Source: Eledone cirrhosa
Taxonomy: Eukaryota
Direction of reading: 5' to 3'
Assembly (NCBI GenBank): GCA_964016885.1
Contig: OZ024750.1
Coordinates: forward strand, 40,114,001 to 40,178,000
Length of the DNA: 64,000 nt
How positions within the stretch are numbered: the stretch's first letter is position 1; every line of letters starts with the position of its first letter. The notes beneath the pieces are model-generated. The model was not told where the DNA came from and did no database searches. It was given only the letters and a program-made list of their open reading frames with translations. This document shows, one piece after another, positions 38,486 to 53,773 of the stretch. Both the position numbers and the translations under genes were made by a program.

Positions 38486-38621
38486 TTCTTCTTCTTCTTC
38501 TTCTTCTTCTTCTTCTTCTTCTTCTTCTTCTTCTTCTTCTTCTTCTTCTTCTTTTTCTTCTTCTTCTTTTTTCTTCTTCTTCTTCTTCTTCTTCTTCTTC
38601 TTCTTCTTCTTCTTCTTCTTC
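38486..38621. repeat. (TTC)n microsatellite
   Basis: Seen directly. Confidence 0.97.
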
Positions 38622-39932
38622 TAGATTGGAAGATGGAATGAGGTTGGTATAATTGAAGTTGCCTATAAACTGGATTTGTAGTCAGTTTAGACAATATTAT
38701 ATTTAGAAGATTGAAACCTTAGATAGCAAGAATTCAACAGTAAAGAAATCGCAGACAAACCCAGTTTTAGAATGTTATTAACAACAAACAGTGATATATT
38801 TTAGTAATAAAATTAATGAAGTTAGCGTTGAGATATTTAAGGGGCATTAAAAAGCTACTTTCTATTTTATCTTTTATTCCTCATTCTATATTCCGATGAA
38901 GGACTAATGTCCGAAACATCAAGACTCTTTTCCTCCTATATCAAACGTTAAACTAATATATTTCTTCGTTGAACTGTGTTGATGTTTGCTTTGTTGTTTC
39001 CGTTTACTTTTTGTATAAAGATAATTATACGGTGAGGTAAAAACAATATTAGTTAATAACTGGTGACTATTGAGTCATTATATTTTTAGTAGACAGGGAT
39101 GCAATCAGCGCCTTTAGATGAATTGTCAACGAAATGAGAGGCAATGGACAATGAGTGCTGCTGAAGACTAAATTAGTAATTAGTAGTCGGATACACTCTT
39201 ATCCCGCCTATTTATGACTTTCTCTTAGTCCAGTAATTAAATATTAACACCAGATGAACAAATTCAACTAAACTATATCCGACTGTCTGTCAAGGAAAGC
39301 CTTGAAATATTATATATAGTCTAAAGCAGCGGTCGCCAGCCAGTGATCCACGGATCTCTGGTGGTGCAAGAGAAAATGTTGGTGGTCTGCAGAAAAATTT
39401 GGACTTTATTTGCAATTTTTATGTTTTATTAATAATAAAACAAAAATAATATTTGGCTAAAATATATTTTATAACATCCCTGAAACATGTTTCTCCTCAG
39501 TAAAGAACTAACTTCCATGAACGAATTTTCCACATATGTATCATCTATCGACAATATGACCACACGTACACTTCAGTATTGTTTAATAAAATTGAAGTCC
39601 TCTGATCATTATTTTACGCCTTCTATGGCGTTCTATCGATAGCAACCGTCACCAAGTGATCAAGCTAGATCCCCACGAAACCAACCAAACTCAGAGATGT
39701 TATCCAACCATCTTCTTATGTTCTGCCTCTGGGTTTTCTGCTGGTTAGCTTTGTTCGTAAATTCTGTCCGGGATTAGCTTCTGAGACATTTTAACCCCTT
39801 GACCGCAATATCAGAGCTATGATCTCTAGACTCCGAGGGGCAGCGACTCCACCTGGCATCACTCCCTGAACTCCGAGCAGCTCCTTCCACTAACGTTATT
39901 CCCAAAACTCTTCAGACGCACCCCGTTTTCAG

Positions 39933-39992
<60 letters not shown>

Positions 39993-40164
39993 GTAAGTAG
40001 GAACGAAGTCAAGGTTGCACCATAAAATTCTGGAATTAGCCGTCGAAACGGCTTGAGCTCAGCCGTCGGGATCCTACTTGTTCCTATTACCCACTCTACT
40101 ACCCTAAGTATTGAGTACTTTGGTGCGTTATGGTCTACCTGGTTCCTTACCATATTTCCTTCGT

Positions 40165-40195
<31 letters not shown>

Positions 40196-40339
40196 TTTAT
40201 ATATATATACAGAGAGAAGGAGAGAGATGTTTAACCACTGCTAAGACTTACGTGATGCCCCTTACTTTTGAATGAAATATTATCAAGTAGTTTCTACAAA
40301 ACGTCGCTGGGTAAAATGTCGTTGGACGAAACGTCCTTC

Positions 40340-41398
40340 TCACCGTCTGGGTCTAATCCTTGAATTAACATGTTTGTGTCTCTCTGTAATCACACCGTCT
40401 GGATCTAATCCTCGAATTAACATGTTGTCTCTGTAATCACACCGTCTGGGTCTAATCCTCGAATTAACATGTTTGTCTCTGTAATCACACCGTCTGAGTC
40501 TAATCCTCGAATTAACATATTTTTCTCTAATCTTCGAATTAACATGTTTGTCTCTCTCTGTAATCATACCGTCTGGGTCTAATCCTCGAATTAACATGTT
40601 TGTCTCTCTCTGTAATCACACCGTCTGGGTCTAATCCTCGAATTAACATGTTTGTCTCTCTCTGTAATCACACCGTCTGGGTCTAATCCTCGAATTAACA
40701 TGTTTTTCTCTCTCTGTAATCACACCGTCTGGGTCTAATCTTCGAATTAACATGTTTGTCTCTCTCTGTAATCACACGGTCTGGGTCTAATCCTCGAATT
40801 AACATGTTTGTCTCTCTCTGTAATCACACCGTCTGGGTCTAATCCTCGAATTAACATGTTTGTCTCTGTAATCACACCATCTGGGTCTAATCCTCGAATT
40901 AACATGTTTTTCTCTCTCTGTAATCACACCGTCTGGGTCTAATCTTCGAATTAACATGTTTGTCTCTCTCTGTAATCACATCGTCTGGGTCAAATCTTCG
41001 AATTAACATGTTTGTCTTTCTCTGTAATCACACCGTCTGGGTCTAATCCTCGAATTAACATGTTTGTCTTTCTGTAATCACACGGTCTGGGTCTAATCCT
41101 CGAATTAACATGTTTGTCTCTCTCTGTAATCACACCGTCTGGGTCTAATCTACGAATTAACATATTTGTCTCTCTCTGTAATCACACGGTCTGGGTCGAA
41201 TCCTCGAATTAACATATTTGTCTCTCTGTAATCACACCGTCTGGGTCTAATCCTCGAATTAACATGTTTGTCTCTCTCTGTAATCACACCATCTGGATCT
41301 AATCCTCGAATTAACATGTTTGTCTCTCTCTCTCTCTCTGTAATCACACGGTCTGGGTCTAATCCTCGAATTAACATGTTTGTCTCTCTGTAATCACA
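40340..41398. repeat. ~50-58-bp minisatellite with variable (CT)n, ~20 copies
   Basis: CTGTAATCACACCGTCTGGGTCTAATCCTCGAATTAACATGTTTGT(CT)n. Confidence 0.95.
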
Positions 41399-41929
41399 GA
41401 AGCAATGCATCTGACGCTGTTTAATGGCCGCCATGACATATGTGATTCTCTGTAGTTTGGAGGGAAATATCAGTGGAATTGAAAGGATAAAAATAATTAG
41501 CTTCAATTTGATGTGTTTTCGGCTGTTGATATTTTCTAACTTTCCCTGAAGAGTGATCCCTCTCCCTCTCACGTGTAAAACAGGAAGCTGAGCAAACTAG
41601 ACTGACGTTGCTGGAACATGGAGTGATCGCTCGTACATTTCCGGTCGTTTCTTGTTTTTTTGTGGGGTGGGTTTTTTTTCATTTTCACACACACACACAA
41701 ACACATACACAAACACACACACACACATACACACACACACGGAAATATGCATGTTAACACACGCAAAGCCACTGTAAGACATTTTCACAAACACACAATC
41801 GTTTAGTAATATACACGTCTTCAAAACTTCACACTTTCTCACACACACACACACACTTCTTCACACATACACACTTTCTCACACACACACATACATACAT
41901 AATCTGTCTCTCTCACTCTCTGTCTCTTC

Positions 41930-42327
41930 CATATATATACATATATACATATATATACATACATACATACATATATGCATACATACATACATGCATATAT
42001 GTATACATACATATATACATACATACATACATATCTATATATATACATACATACATGCATACATACATACATACATATATATATACATACATACATACAT
42101 ACATGCATACATACATACATACATATATACATAATACATACATGCATACATACATGCATATATACATACATATATAAATACATACATGCATATATATATA
42201 TATATACATACATATATACATACATACATAGATACATAGATAATACATATATATATACATACATGCATACATGCATATATATATACATACATATATACAT
42301 ACATACATACATACATACATACATACA

Positions 42328-42363
<36 letters not shown>

Positions 42364-42634
42364 CATACAAACATGCATAGATACATGCATACATACATAG
42401 ATACATAGATAATACATATATATATACATACATGCATACATGCATATATATATACATACATATATACATACATACATACATACATACATACATACATACA
42501 TACATAAACATACATATATACATACAAACATGCATAGATACATGCATACATACATACATACAAACATACATACATACACACATGCATACATACATACATA
42601 CATACATACATACATACATACATACATACATACA

Positions 42635-42665
<31 letters not shown>

Positions 42666-42700
42666 GTATATGTATATATAAATGCTTATATAAATATGCA
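41930..42700. repeat. Degenerate (TACA)n/(TA)n microsatellite block
   Basis: Seen directly. Confidence 0.9.
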
Positions 42701-42931
42701 GATATATATATACACACATTTAAACATACAAACATTCACACACACACACAGGTACACTCATACACATATCTATATACATCTCTCTCTCTATATATATATA
42801 TTATATGTATGTGTGTGTGTATCGTTGGAAGGTTATATACGCCCAAACCGTTAACTCTCTCTCTCTCTCTCACACACACTCTCTCTCACACACACACAGT
42901 CTCTCTCTCTCACACACACACGCTCTCTCTT

Positions 42932-42976
<45 letters not shown>

Positions 42977-43624
42977 TCCTTTCTCCCTCTCTCTCTATCT
43001 CTCACACATACACACTCCACCCCAACCCTGTCTCTTTATTTTTTACACAATGCACATTAGCATTATTCCGTCCTTTGTATTTTTCAGAACTTGCTTAAAT
43101 AAAATATATATTTCTCTTGTCGCCATTTTCCTATTTTCAAACTTCTACTTCCTGTAAACCTTCCTTTGCTGTAGTTATACAAAGGAGTCGGTTAAATGTC
43201 ATTGAACAACTTTTGAATGTGTGAAAGTGATGATGATAGTTATAATATCCACAAGGTCATGAATTTCTTAGGAAACTGCTGTCGGCTCGTCTATTTAATT
43301 TATATGTATACGTGTTTGAAGTCATGCGACATGCCTTAAGCAGGTTTAAACTTGCTGGGCCCATCCTTTCTCCAGGTCTGACCACAGCCCGGTTTCTTAC
43401 AAAGAGGGTGGGAGTGTGATGGAGAAGAACGGAGAAAGAGATAGAGAGGAAGGGATAAAGAGATAGAGAGGAAGGGATAAAGAGATAGAGAGGAAGGGGT
43501 AAAGAGATAGAGAGGAAGGGGTAAAGAGATAGAGAGGAAGGGACGAAGAGAGAGAGAGGAAGGGAGGAAGAGATAGAGAGAAAGAATCAACCCAGTACTA
43601 GGCTGGTACTTTTTTACTGACTTC

Positions 43625-46600
43625 GAAAAGATGAAAGGCGATGTTGACCGCTTCTTATCTACTATGGAAGGATGAAAGGCGATGTTGACCGCTTCTTACC
43701 TACTATGGAAGGATGAAAGGGGATGTTGACCGCTTCTTACCTACTATGGAAGGATGAAAGGCGATGTTGACCGCTTCTTATCTACTATGGAAGGATGAAA
43801 GGCGATGTTGACCGCTTCTTACCTACTATGGAAGGATGAAAGGGGATGTTGACCGCTTCTTATCTACTCTGGAAGGATGAAAGGGGATGTTGACCGCTTC
43901 TTATCTACTCTGGAAGGATGAAAGGCGATGTTGACCGCTTCTTATCTACTATGGAAGGATGAAAGGCGATGTTGACCGCTTCTTATCTACTCTGGAAGGA
44001 TGAAAGGCGATGTTGACCGCTTCTTATCTACTATGGAAGGATGAAAGGCGATGTTGACCGCTTCTTACCTACTATGGAAGGATGAAAGGGGATGTTGACC
44101 GCTTCTTATCTACTATGGAAGGATGAAAGGCGATGTTGACCGCTTCTTATCTACTATGGAAGGATGAAAGGCGATGTTGACCGCTTCTTATCTACTCTGG
44201 AAGGATGAAAGGGGATGTTGACCGCTTCTTATCTACTCTGGAAGGATGAAAGGCGATGTTGACCGCTTCTTATCTACTATGGAAGGATGAAAGGCGATGT
44301 TGACCGCTTCTTACCTACTATGGAAGGATGAAAGGGGATGTTGACCGCTTCTTATCTACTATGGAAGGATGAAAGGCGATGTTGACCGCTTCTTATCTAC
44401 TATGGAAGGATGAAAGGCGATGTTGACCGCTTCTTACCTACTATGGAAGGATGAAAGGCGATGTTGACCGCTTCTTATCTACTATGGAAGGATGAAAGGC
44501 GATGTTGACCGCTTCTTACCTACTATGGAAGGATGAAAGGCGATGTTGACCGCTTCTTATCTACTATGGAAGGATGAAAGGCGATGTTGACCGCTTCTTA
44601 CCTACTATGGAAGGATGAAAGGCGATGTTGACCGCTTCTTATCTACTCTGGAAGGATGAAAGGGGATGTTGACCGCTTCTTATCTACTCTGGAAGGATGA
44701 AAGGCGATGTTGACCGCTTCTTACCTACTATGGAAGGATGAAAGGGGATGTTGACCGCTTCTTATCTACTCTGGAAGGATGAAAGGCGATGTTGACCGCT
44801 TCTTACCTACTATGGAAGGATGAAAGGCGATGTTGACCGCTTCTTATCTACTCTGGAAGGATGAAAGGGGATGTTGACCGCTTCTTATCTACTCTGGAAG
44901 GATGAAAGGCGATGTTGACCGCTTCTTACCTACTATGGAAGGATGAAAGGCGATGTTGACCGCTTCTTATCTACTATGGAAGGATGAAAGGGGATGTTGA
45001 CCGCTTCTTATCTACTCTGGAAGGATGAAAGGCGATGTTGACCGCTTCTTACCTACTATGGAAGGATGAAAGGCGATGTTGACCGCTTCTTATCTACTCT
45101 GGAAGGATGAAAGGGGATGTTGACCGCTTCTTATCTACTATGGAAGTATGAAAGGCGATGTTGACCGCTTCTTATCTACTCTGGAAGGATGAAAGGGGAT
45201 GTTGACCGCTTCTTATCTACTCTGGAAGGATGAAAGGCGATGTTGACCGCTTCTTACCTACTATGGAAGGATGAAAGGCGATGTTGACCGCTTCTTATCT
45301 ACTATGGAAGGATGAAAGGCGATGTTGACCGCTTCTTACCTACTATGGAAGGATGAAAGGGGATGTTGACCGCTTCTTACCTACTATGGAAGGATGAAAG
45401 GCGATGTTGACCGCTTCTTATCTACTATGGAAGTATGAAAGGCGATGTTGACCGCTTATCTACTCTGGAAGGATGAAAGGGGATGTTGACCGCTTCTTAT
45501 CTACTATGGAAGTATGAAAGGGGATGTTGACCGCTTCTTATCTACTATGGAAGTATGAAAGGCGATGTTGACCGCTTCTTATCTACTCTGGAAGGATGAA
45601 AGGGGATGTTGACCGCTTCTTACCTACTATGGAAGTATGAAAGGGGATGTTGACCGCTTCTTATCTACTATGGAAGGATGAAAGGGGATGTTGACCGCTT
45701 CTTATCTACTATGGAAGGATGAAAGGGGATGTTGACCGCTTCTTACCTACTATGGAAGGATGAAAGGCGATGTTGACCGCTTCTTACCTACTATGGAAGG
45801 ATGAAAGGGGATGTTGACCGCTTCTTACCTACTATGGAAGGATGAAAGGCGATGTTGACCGCTTCTTACCTACTATGGAAGGATGAAAGGGGATGTTGAC
45901 CGCTTCTTACCTACTATGGAAGGATGAAAGGGGATGTTGACCGCTTCTTATCTACTATGGAAGTATGAAAGGCGATGTTGACCGCTTCTTATCTACTCTG
46001 GAAGGATGAAAGGGGATGTTGACCGCTTCTTACCTACTATGGAAGTATGAAAGGGGATGTTGACCGCTTCTTATCTACTATGGAAGGATGAAAGGGGATG
46101 TTGACCGCTTCTTATCTACTATGGAAGGATGAAAGGGGATGTTGACCGCTTCTTATCTACTATGGAAGGATGAAAGGGGATGTTGACCGCTTCTTACCTA
46201 CTATGGAAGGATGAAAGGGGATGTTGACCGCTTCATATCTACTCTGGAAGGATGAAAGGGGATGTTGACCGCTTCTTATCTACTATGGAAGGATGAAAGG
46301 GGATGTTGACCGCTTCTTATCTACTCTGGAAGGATGAAAGGGGATGTTGACCGCTTCATATCTACTCTGGAAGGATGAAAGGGGATGTTGACCGCTTCTT
46401 ATCTACTATGGAAGGATGAAAGGGGATGTTGACTGCTTCTTATCTACTCTGGAAGGATGAAAGGCGATGTTGACCGCTTCTTATCTATTCTGGAAGTATG
46501 AAAGGGGATGTTGACCGCTTCTTATCTACTCTGGAAGGATGAAAGGCGATGTTGACCGCTTCTTACCTACTATGGAAGGATGAAAGGGGATGTTGACCGC

Positions 46601-49600
46601 TTCTTATCTACTATGGAAGGATGAAAGGGGATGTTGACCGCTTCTTATCAACTATGGAAGGATGAAAGGCGATGTTGACCGCTTCTTATCTACTATGGAA
46701 GGATGAAAGGGGATGTTGACCGCTTCTTACCTACTATGGAAGGATGAAAGGGGATGTTGACCGCTTCTTATCTACTATGGAAGGATGAAAGGGGATGTTG
46801 ACCGCTTCTTACCTACTATGGAAGGATGAAAGGCGATGTTGACCGCTTCTTATCTACTCTGGAAGGATGAAAGGCGATGTTGACCGCTTCTTATCTACTC
46901 TGGAAGGATGAAAGGCGATGTTGACCGCTTCTTACCTACTCTGGAAGGATGAAAGGCGATGTTGACCGCTTCTTACCTACTATGGAAGGATGAAAGGGGA
47001 TGTTGACCGCTTCTTATCTACTCTGGAAGGATGAAAGGGGATGTTGACCGCTTCTTATCTACTCTGGAAGGATGAAAGGGGATGTTGACCGCTTCTTATC
47101 TACTCTGGAAGGATGAAAGGCGATGTTGACCGCTTCTTATCTACTCTGGAAGGATGAAAGGGGATGTTGACCGCTTCTTATCTACTCTGGAAGGATGAAA
47201 GGCGATGTTGACCGCTTCTTATCTACTCTGGAAGTATGAAAGGGGATGTTGACCGCTTCTTATCTACTCTGGAAGGATGAAAGGGGATGTTGACCGCTTC
47301 TTACCTACTATGGAAGGATGAAAGGCGATGTTGACCGCTTCTTATCTACTATGGAAGGATGAAAGGCGATGTTGACCGCTTCTTACCTACTATGGAAGGA
47401 TGAAAGGGGATGTTGACCGCTTCTTATCTACTCTTGAAGGATGAAAGGGGATGTTGACCGCTTCTTACCTACTATGGAAGGATGAAAGGGGATGTTGACC
47501 GCTTCTTACCTACTATGGAAGGATGAAAGGGGATGTTGACCGCTTCTTACCTACTATGGAAGGATGAAAGGGGATGTTGACCGCTTCTTATCTACTATGG
47601 AAGGATGAAAGGCGATGTTGACCGCTTCTTATCTACTATGGAAGGATGAAAGGCGATGTTGACCGCTTCTTACCTACTATGGAAGGATGAAAGGGGATGT
47701 TGACCGCTTCTTATCTACTCTTGAAGGATGAAAGGGGATGTTGACCGCTTCTTACCTACTATGGAAGGATGAAAGGGGATGTTGACCGCTTCTTACCTAC
47801 TATGGAAGGATGAAAGGGGATGTTGACCGCTTCTTACCTACTATGGAAGGATGAAAGGGGATGTTGACCGCTTCTTATCTACTATGGAAGGATGAAAGGC
47901 GATGTTGACCGCTTCTTACCTACTATGGAAGGATGAAAGGGGATGTTGACCGCTTCTTATCTACTCTTGAAGGATGAAAGGGGATGTTGACCGCTTCTTA
48001 TCTACTCTGGAAGGATGAAAGGGGATGTTGACCGCTTCTTATCTACTATGGAAGGATGAAAGGGGATGTTGACCGCTTCTTACCTACTCTGGAAGGATGA
48101 AAGGGGATGTTGACCGCTTCTTACCTACTATGGAAGGATGAAAGGGGATGTTGACCGCTTCTTATCTACTCTGGAAGGATGAAAGGGGATGTTGACCGCT
48201 TCTTATCTACTATGGAAGGATGAAAGGGGATGTTGACCGCTTCTTATCTACTATGGAAGGATGAAAGGCGATGTTGACCGCTTCTTATCTACTATGGAAG
48301 GATGAAAGGCGATGTTGACCGCTTCTTACCTACAATGGAAGGATGAAAGGCGATGTTGACCGCTTCTTACCTACTATGGAAGGATGAAAGGCGATGTTGA
48401 CCGCTTCTTATCTATTCTGGAAGGATGAAAGGCGATGTTGACCGCTTCTTACCTACTTTGGAAGGATGAAAGGCGATGTTGACCGCTTCTTATCTACTCT
48501 GGAAGGATGAAAGGGGATGTTGACCGCTTCTTACCTACTATGGAAGTATGAAAGGGGATGTTGACCGCTTCTTATCTACTCTGGAAGGATGAAAGGGGAT
48601 GTTGACCGCTTCTTATCTACTCTGGAAGGATGAAAGTAGATGTTGACCGCTTCTTATCTACTCTGGAAGGATGAAAGGGGATGTTGACCGCTTCTTATCT
48701 ACTCTGGAAGGATGAAAGGGGATGTTGACCGCTTCTTACCTACTATGGAAGGATGAAAGGCGATGTTGACCGCTTCTTACCTACTATGGAAGGATGAAAG
48801 GGGATGTTGACCGCTTCTTATCTACTCTGGAAGGATGAAAGGGGATGTTGACCGCTTCTTATCTACTATGGAAGGATGAAAGGGGATGTTGACCGCTTCT
48901 TACCTACTCTGGAAGGATGAAAGGCGATGTTGACCGCTTCTTACCTACTATGGAAGGATGAAAGGCGATGTTGACCGCTTCTTACCTACTATGGAAGGAT
49001 GAAAGTGGATGTTGACCGCTTCTTATCTACTCTGGAAGGATGAAAGGGGATGTTGACCGCTTCTTACCTACTATGGAAGGATGAAAGGGGATGTTGACCG
49101 CTTCTTATCTACTCTGGAAGGATAAAAGGGGATGTTGACCGCTTCTTATCTACTCTGGAAGGATGAAAGGCGATGTTGACCGCTTCTTACCTACTATGGA
49201 AGGATGAAAGGCGATGTTGGCCGCTTCTTACCTACTATGGAAGGATGAAAGGCGATGTTGACCGCTTCTTACCTACTATGGAAGGATGAAAGGGGATGTT
49301 GACCGCTTCTTACCTACTATGGAAGGATGAAAGGCGATGTTGACCGCTTCTTACCTACTATGGAAGGATGAAAGGCGATGTTGGCCGCTTCTTACCTACT
49401 ATGGAAGGATGAAAGGCGATGTTGACCGCTTCTTACCTACTATGGAAGGATGAAAGGGGATGTTGACCGCTTCTTATCTACTCTGGAAGGATGAAAGGGG
49501 ATGTTGACCGCTTCTTACCTACTCTGGAAGGATGAAAGGCGATGTTGACCGCTTCTTACCTACTATGGAAGGATGAAAGGCGATGTTGACCGCTTCTTAC

Positions 49601-52600
49601 CTACTATGGAAGGATGAAAGTGGATGTTGACCGCTTCTTATCTACTCTGGAAGGATGAAAGGGGATGTTGACCGCTTCTTACCTACTATGGAAGGATGAA
49701 AGGGGATGTTGACCGCTTCTTATCTACTCTGGAAGGATAAAAGGGGATGTTGACCGCTTCTTATCTACTCTGGAAGGATGAAAGGCGATGTTGACCGCTT
49801 CTTACCTACTATGGAAGGATGAAAGGGGATGTTGACCGCTTCTTATCTACTCTGGAAGGATGAAAGGGGATGTTGACCGCTTCTTATCTACTATGGAAGG
49901 ATGAAAGGCGATGTTGGCCGCTTCTTACCTACTATGGAAGGATGAAAGGCGATGTTGACCGCTTCTTACCTACTATGGAAGGATGAAAGGCGATGTTGGC
50001 CGCTTCTTACCTACTATGGAAGGATGAAAGGCGATGTTGACCGCTTCTTACCTACTATGGAAGGATGAAAGGGGATGTTGACCGCTTCTTACCTACTATG
50101 GAAGGATGAAAGGCGATGTTGACCGCTTCTTACCTACTATGGAAGGATGAAAGGCGATGTTGGCCGCTTCTTACCTACTCTGGAAGGATGAAAGGGGATG
50201 TTGACCGCTTCTTATCTACTCTGGAAGGATGAAAGGGGATGTTGACCGCTTCTTATCTACTATGGAAGGATGAAAGGCGATGTTGACCGCTTCTTACCTA
50301 CTATGGAAGGATGAAAGGGGATGTTGACCGCTTCTTATCTACTCTGGAAGGATGAAAGGCGATGTTGACCGCTTCTTACCTACTATGGAAGGATGAAAGG
50401 GGATGTTGACCGCTTCTTACCTACTCTGGAAGGATGAAAGGGGATGTTGACCGCTTCTTATCTACTCTGGAAGGATGAAAGGCGATGTTGACCGCTTCTG
50501 ACCTACTATGGAAGGATGAAAGGGGATGTTGACCGCTTCTTACCTACTATGGAAGGATGAAAGGGGATGTTGACCGCTTCTTATCTACTATGGAAGGATG
50601 AAAGGCGATGTTGACCGCTTCTTACCTACTATGGAAGGATGAAAGGGGATGTTGACCGCTTCTTACCTACTATGGAAGGATGAAAGGGGATGTTGACCGC
50701 TTCTTACCTACTATGGAAGGATGAAAGGCGATGTTGACCGCTTCTTACCTACTATGGAAGGATGAAAGGCGATGTTGGCCGCTTCTTACCTACTATGGAA
50801 GGATGAAAGGCGATGTTGACCGCTTCTTACCTACTATGGAAGGATGAAAGGGGATGTTGACCGCTTCTTATCTACTCTGGAAGGATGAAAGGGGATGTTG
50901 ACCGCTTCTTACCTACTATGGAAGGATGAAAGGGGATGTTGACCGCTTCTTATCTACTATGGAAGGATGAAAGGCGATGTTGACCGCTTCTTACCTACTA
51001 TAGAAGGATGAAAGGCGATGTTGACCGCTTCTTATCTACTCTGGAAGGATGAAAGGGGATGTTGACCGCTTCTTACCTACTATGGAAGGATGAAAGGCGA
51101 TGTTGACCGCTTCTTACCTACTCTGGAAGGATGAAAGGCGATGTTGACCGCTTCTTACCTACTATGGAAGGATGAAAGGCGATGTTGACCGCTTCTTACC
51201 TACTCTGGAAGGATGAAAGGCGATGTTGACCGCTTCTTACCTACTATGGAAGGATGAAAGGCGATGTTGACCGCTTCTTACCTATGGAAGGATGAAAGGC
51301 GATGTTGACCGCTTCTTACCTACTATGGAAGGATGAAAGGCGATGTTGACCGCTTCTTATCTACTCTGGAAGGATGAAAGGCGATGTTGACCGCTTCTTA
51401 TCTACTATGGAAGTATGAAAGGGGATGTTGACCGCTTCTTATCTACTCTGGAAGGATGAAAGGCGATGTTGACCGCCTCTTACCTACTATGGAAGGATGA
51501 AAGGGGATGTTGACCGCTTCTTATCTACTATGGAAGGATGAAAGGGGATGTTGACCTCTTCTTACCTACTATGGAAGGATGAAAGGGGATGTTGACCGCT
51601 TCTTATCTACTCTGGAAGGATGAAAGGCGATGTTGACCGCTTCTTACCTACTATGGAAGGATGAAAGGGGATGTTGACCGCTTCTTATCTACTCTGGAAG
51701 GATGAAAGGCGATGTTGACCGCCTCTTACCTACTATGGAAGTATGAAAGGGGATGTTGACCGCTTCTTACCTACTATGGAAGTATGAAAGGGGATGTTGA
51801 CCGCTTCTTATCTACTCTGGAAGGATGAAAGGCGATGTTGACCGCTTCTTACCTACTATGGAAGGATGAAAGGGGATGTTGACCGCTTCTTACCTACTAT
51901 GGAAGTATGAAAGGGGATGTTGACCGCTTCTTATCTACTATGGAAGGATGAAAGGCGATGTTGACCGCTTCTTACCTACTATGGAAGGATGAAAGGGGAT
52001 GTTGACCGCTTCTTACCTACTATGGAAGTATGAAAGGGGATGTTGACCGCTTCTTATCTACTCTGGAAGGATGAAAGGCGATGTTGACCGCTTCTTACCT
52101 ACTATGGAAGGATGAAAGGGGATGTTGACCGCTTCTTACCTACTATGGAAGGATGAAAGGCGATGTTGACCGCTTCTTATCTACTCTGGAAGGATGAAAG
52201 GCGATGTTGACCGCTTCTTATCTACTCTGGAAGGATGAAAGGCGATGTTGACCGCTTCTTACCTACTCTGGAAGGATGAAAGGCGATGTTGACCGCTTCT
52301 TACCTACTATGGAAGGATGAAAGGCGATGTTGACCGCTTCTTATCTACTCTGGAAGGATGAAAGGGGATGTTGACCGCTTCTTACCTACTCTGGAAGGAT
52401 GAAAGGCGATGTTGACCGCTTCTTATCTACTATGGAAGGATGAAAGGCGATGTTGACCGCTTCTTATCTACTCTGGAAGGATGAAAGGGGATGTTGACCG
52501 CTTCTTACCTACTATGGAAGGATGAAAGGCGATGTTGACCGCTTCTTATCTACTATGGAAGGATGAAAGGCGATGTTGACCGCTTCTTATCTACTATGGA

Positions 52601-53773
52601 AGGATGAAAGGGGATGTTGACCGCTTCTTACCTACTCTGGAAGGATGAAAGGCGATGTTGACCGCTTCTTATCTACTATGGAAGGATGAAAGGCGATGTT
52701 GACCGCTTCTTACCTACTATGGAAGGATGAAAGGCGATGTTGACCGCTTCTTATCTACTCTGGAAGGATGAAAGGGGATGTTGACCGCTTCTTACCTACT
52801 ATGGAAGGATGAAAGGCGATGTTGACCGCTTCTTATCTACTCTGGAAGGATGAAAGGGGATGTTGACCGCTTCTTACCTACTATGGAAGGATGAAAGGCG
52901 ATGTTGACCGCTTCTTACCTACTCTGGAAGGATGAAAGGCAATGTTGACCGCTTCTTACCTACTATGGAAGGATGAAAGGCGATGTTGACCGCTTCTTAC
53001 CTACTATGGAAGGATGAAAGGCGATGTTGACCGCTTCTTATCTACTCTGGAAGGATGAAAGGGGATGTTGACCGCTTCTTACCTACTATGGAAGGATGAA
53101 AGGCGATGTTGACCGCTTCTTACCTACTCTGGAAGGATGAAAGGCGATGTTGACCGCTTCTTACCTACTATGGAAGTATGAAAGGGGATGTTGACCGCTT
53201 CTTATCTACTATGGAAGTATGAAAGGGGATGTTGACCGCTTCTTATCTACTCTGGAAGGATGAAAGGGGATGTTGACCGCTTCTTATCTACTATGGAAGG
53301 ATGAAAGGGGATGTTGACCGCTTCTTATCTACTATGGAAGGATGAAAGGGGATGTTGACCGCTTCTTACCTACTATGGAAGGATGAAAGGCGATGTTGAC
53401 CGCTTCTTATCTACTCTGGAAGGATGAAAGGGGATGTTGACCGCTTCTTATCTACTCTGGAAGGATGAAAGGGGATGTTGACCGCTTCTTATCTACTCTG
53501 GAAGGATGAAAGGGGATGTTGACCGCTTCTTACCTACTATGGAAGGATGAAAGGCGATGTTGACCGCTTCTTATCTACTCTGGAAGGATGAAAGGCGATG
53601 TTGACCGCTTCTTATCTACTCTGGAAGGATGAAAGGCGATGTTGACCGCTTCTTACCTACTATGGAAGGATGAAAGGCGATGTTGACCGCTTCTTATCTA
53701 CTCTGGAAGGATGAAAGGCGATGTTGACCGCTTCTTATCTACCCTGGAAGGATGAAAGGCGATGTTGACCGCT
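43625..53773. repeat. ~10.1-kb satellite of a 41-bp unit (~247 copies) nested inside a SINE
   Basis: Unit GAAGGATGAAAGG(C/G)GATGTTGACCGCTTCTTA(T/C)CTACT(A/C)TG. Both flanks continue the SINE family 1 sequence. Confidence 0.98.

Noticed and set aside
39326-39480. hAT/Charlie-like termini (also ~28817 and ~54750-54930)
   Set aside because: Only single degraded ends are visible, with no paired TIRs or 8-bp TSD.
43625-53773. CRISPR array or coding repeat
   Set aside because: Units are contiguous with no unique spacers and no long ORF; the unit is SINE-derived.
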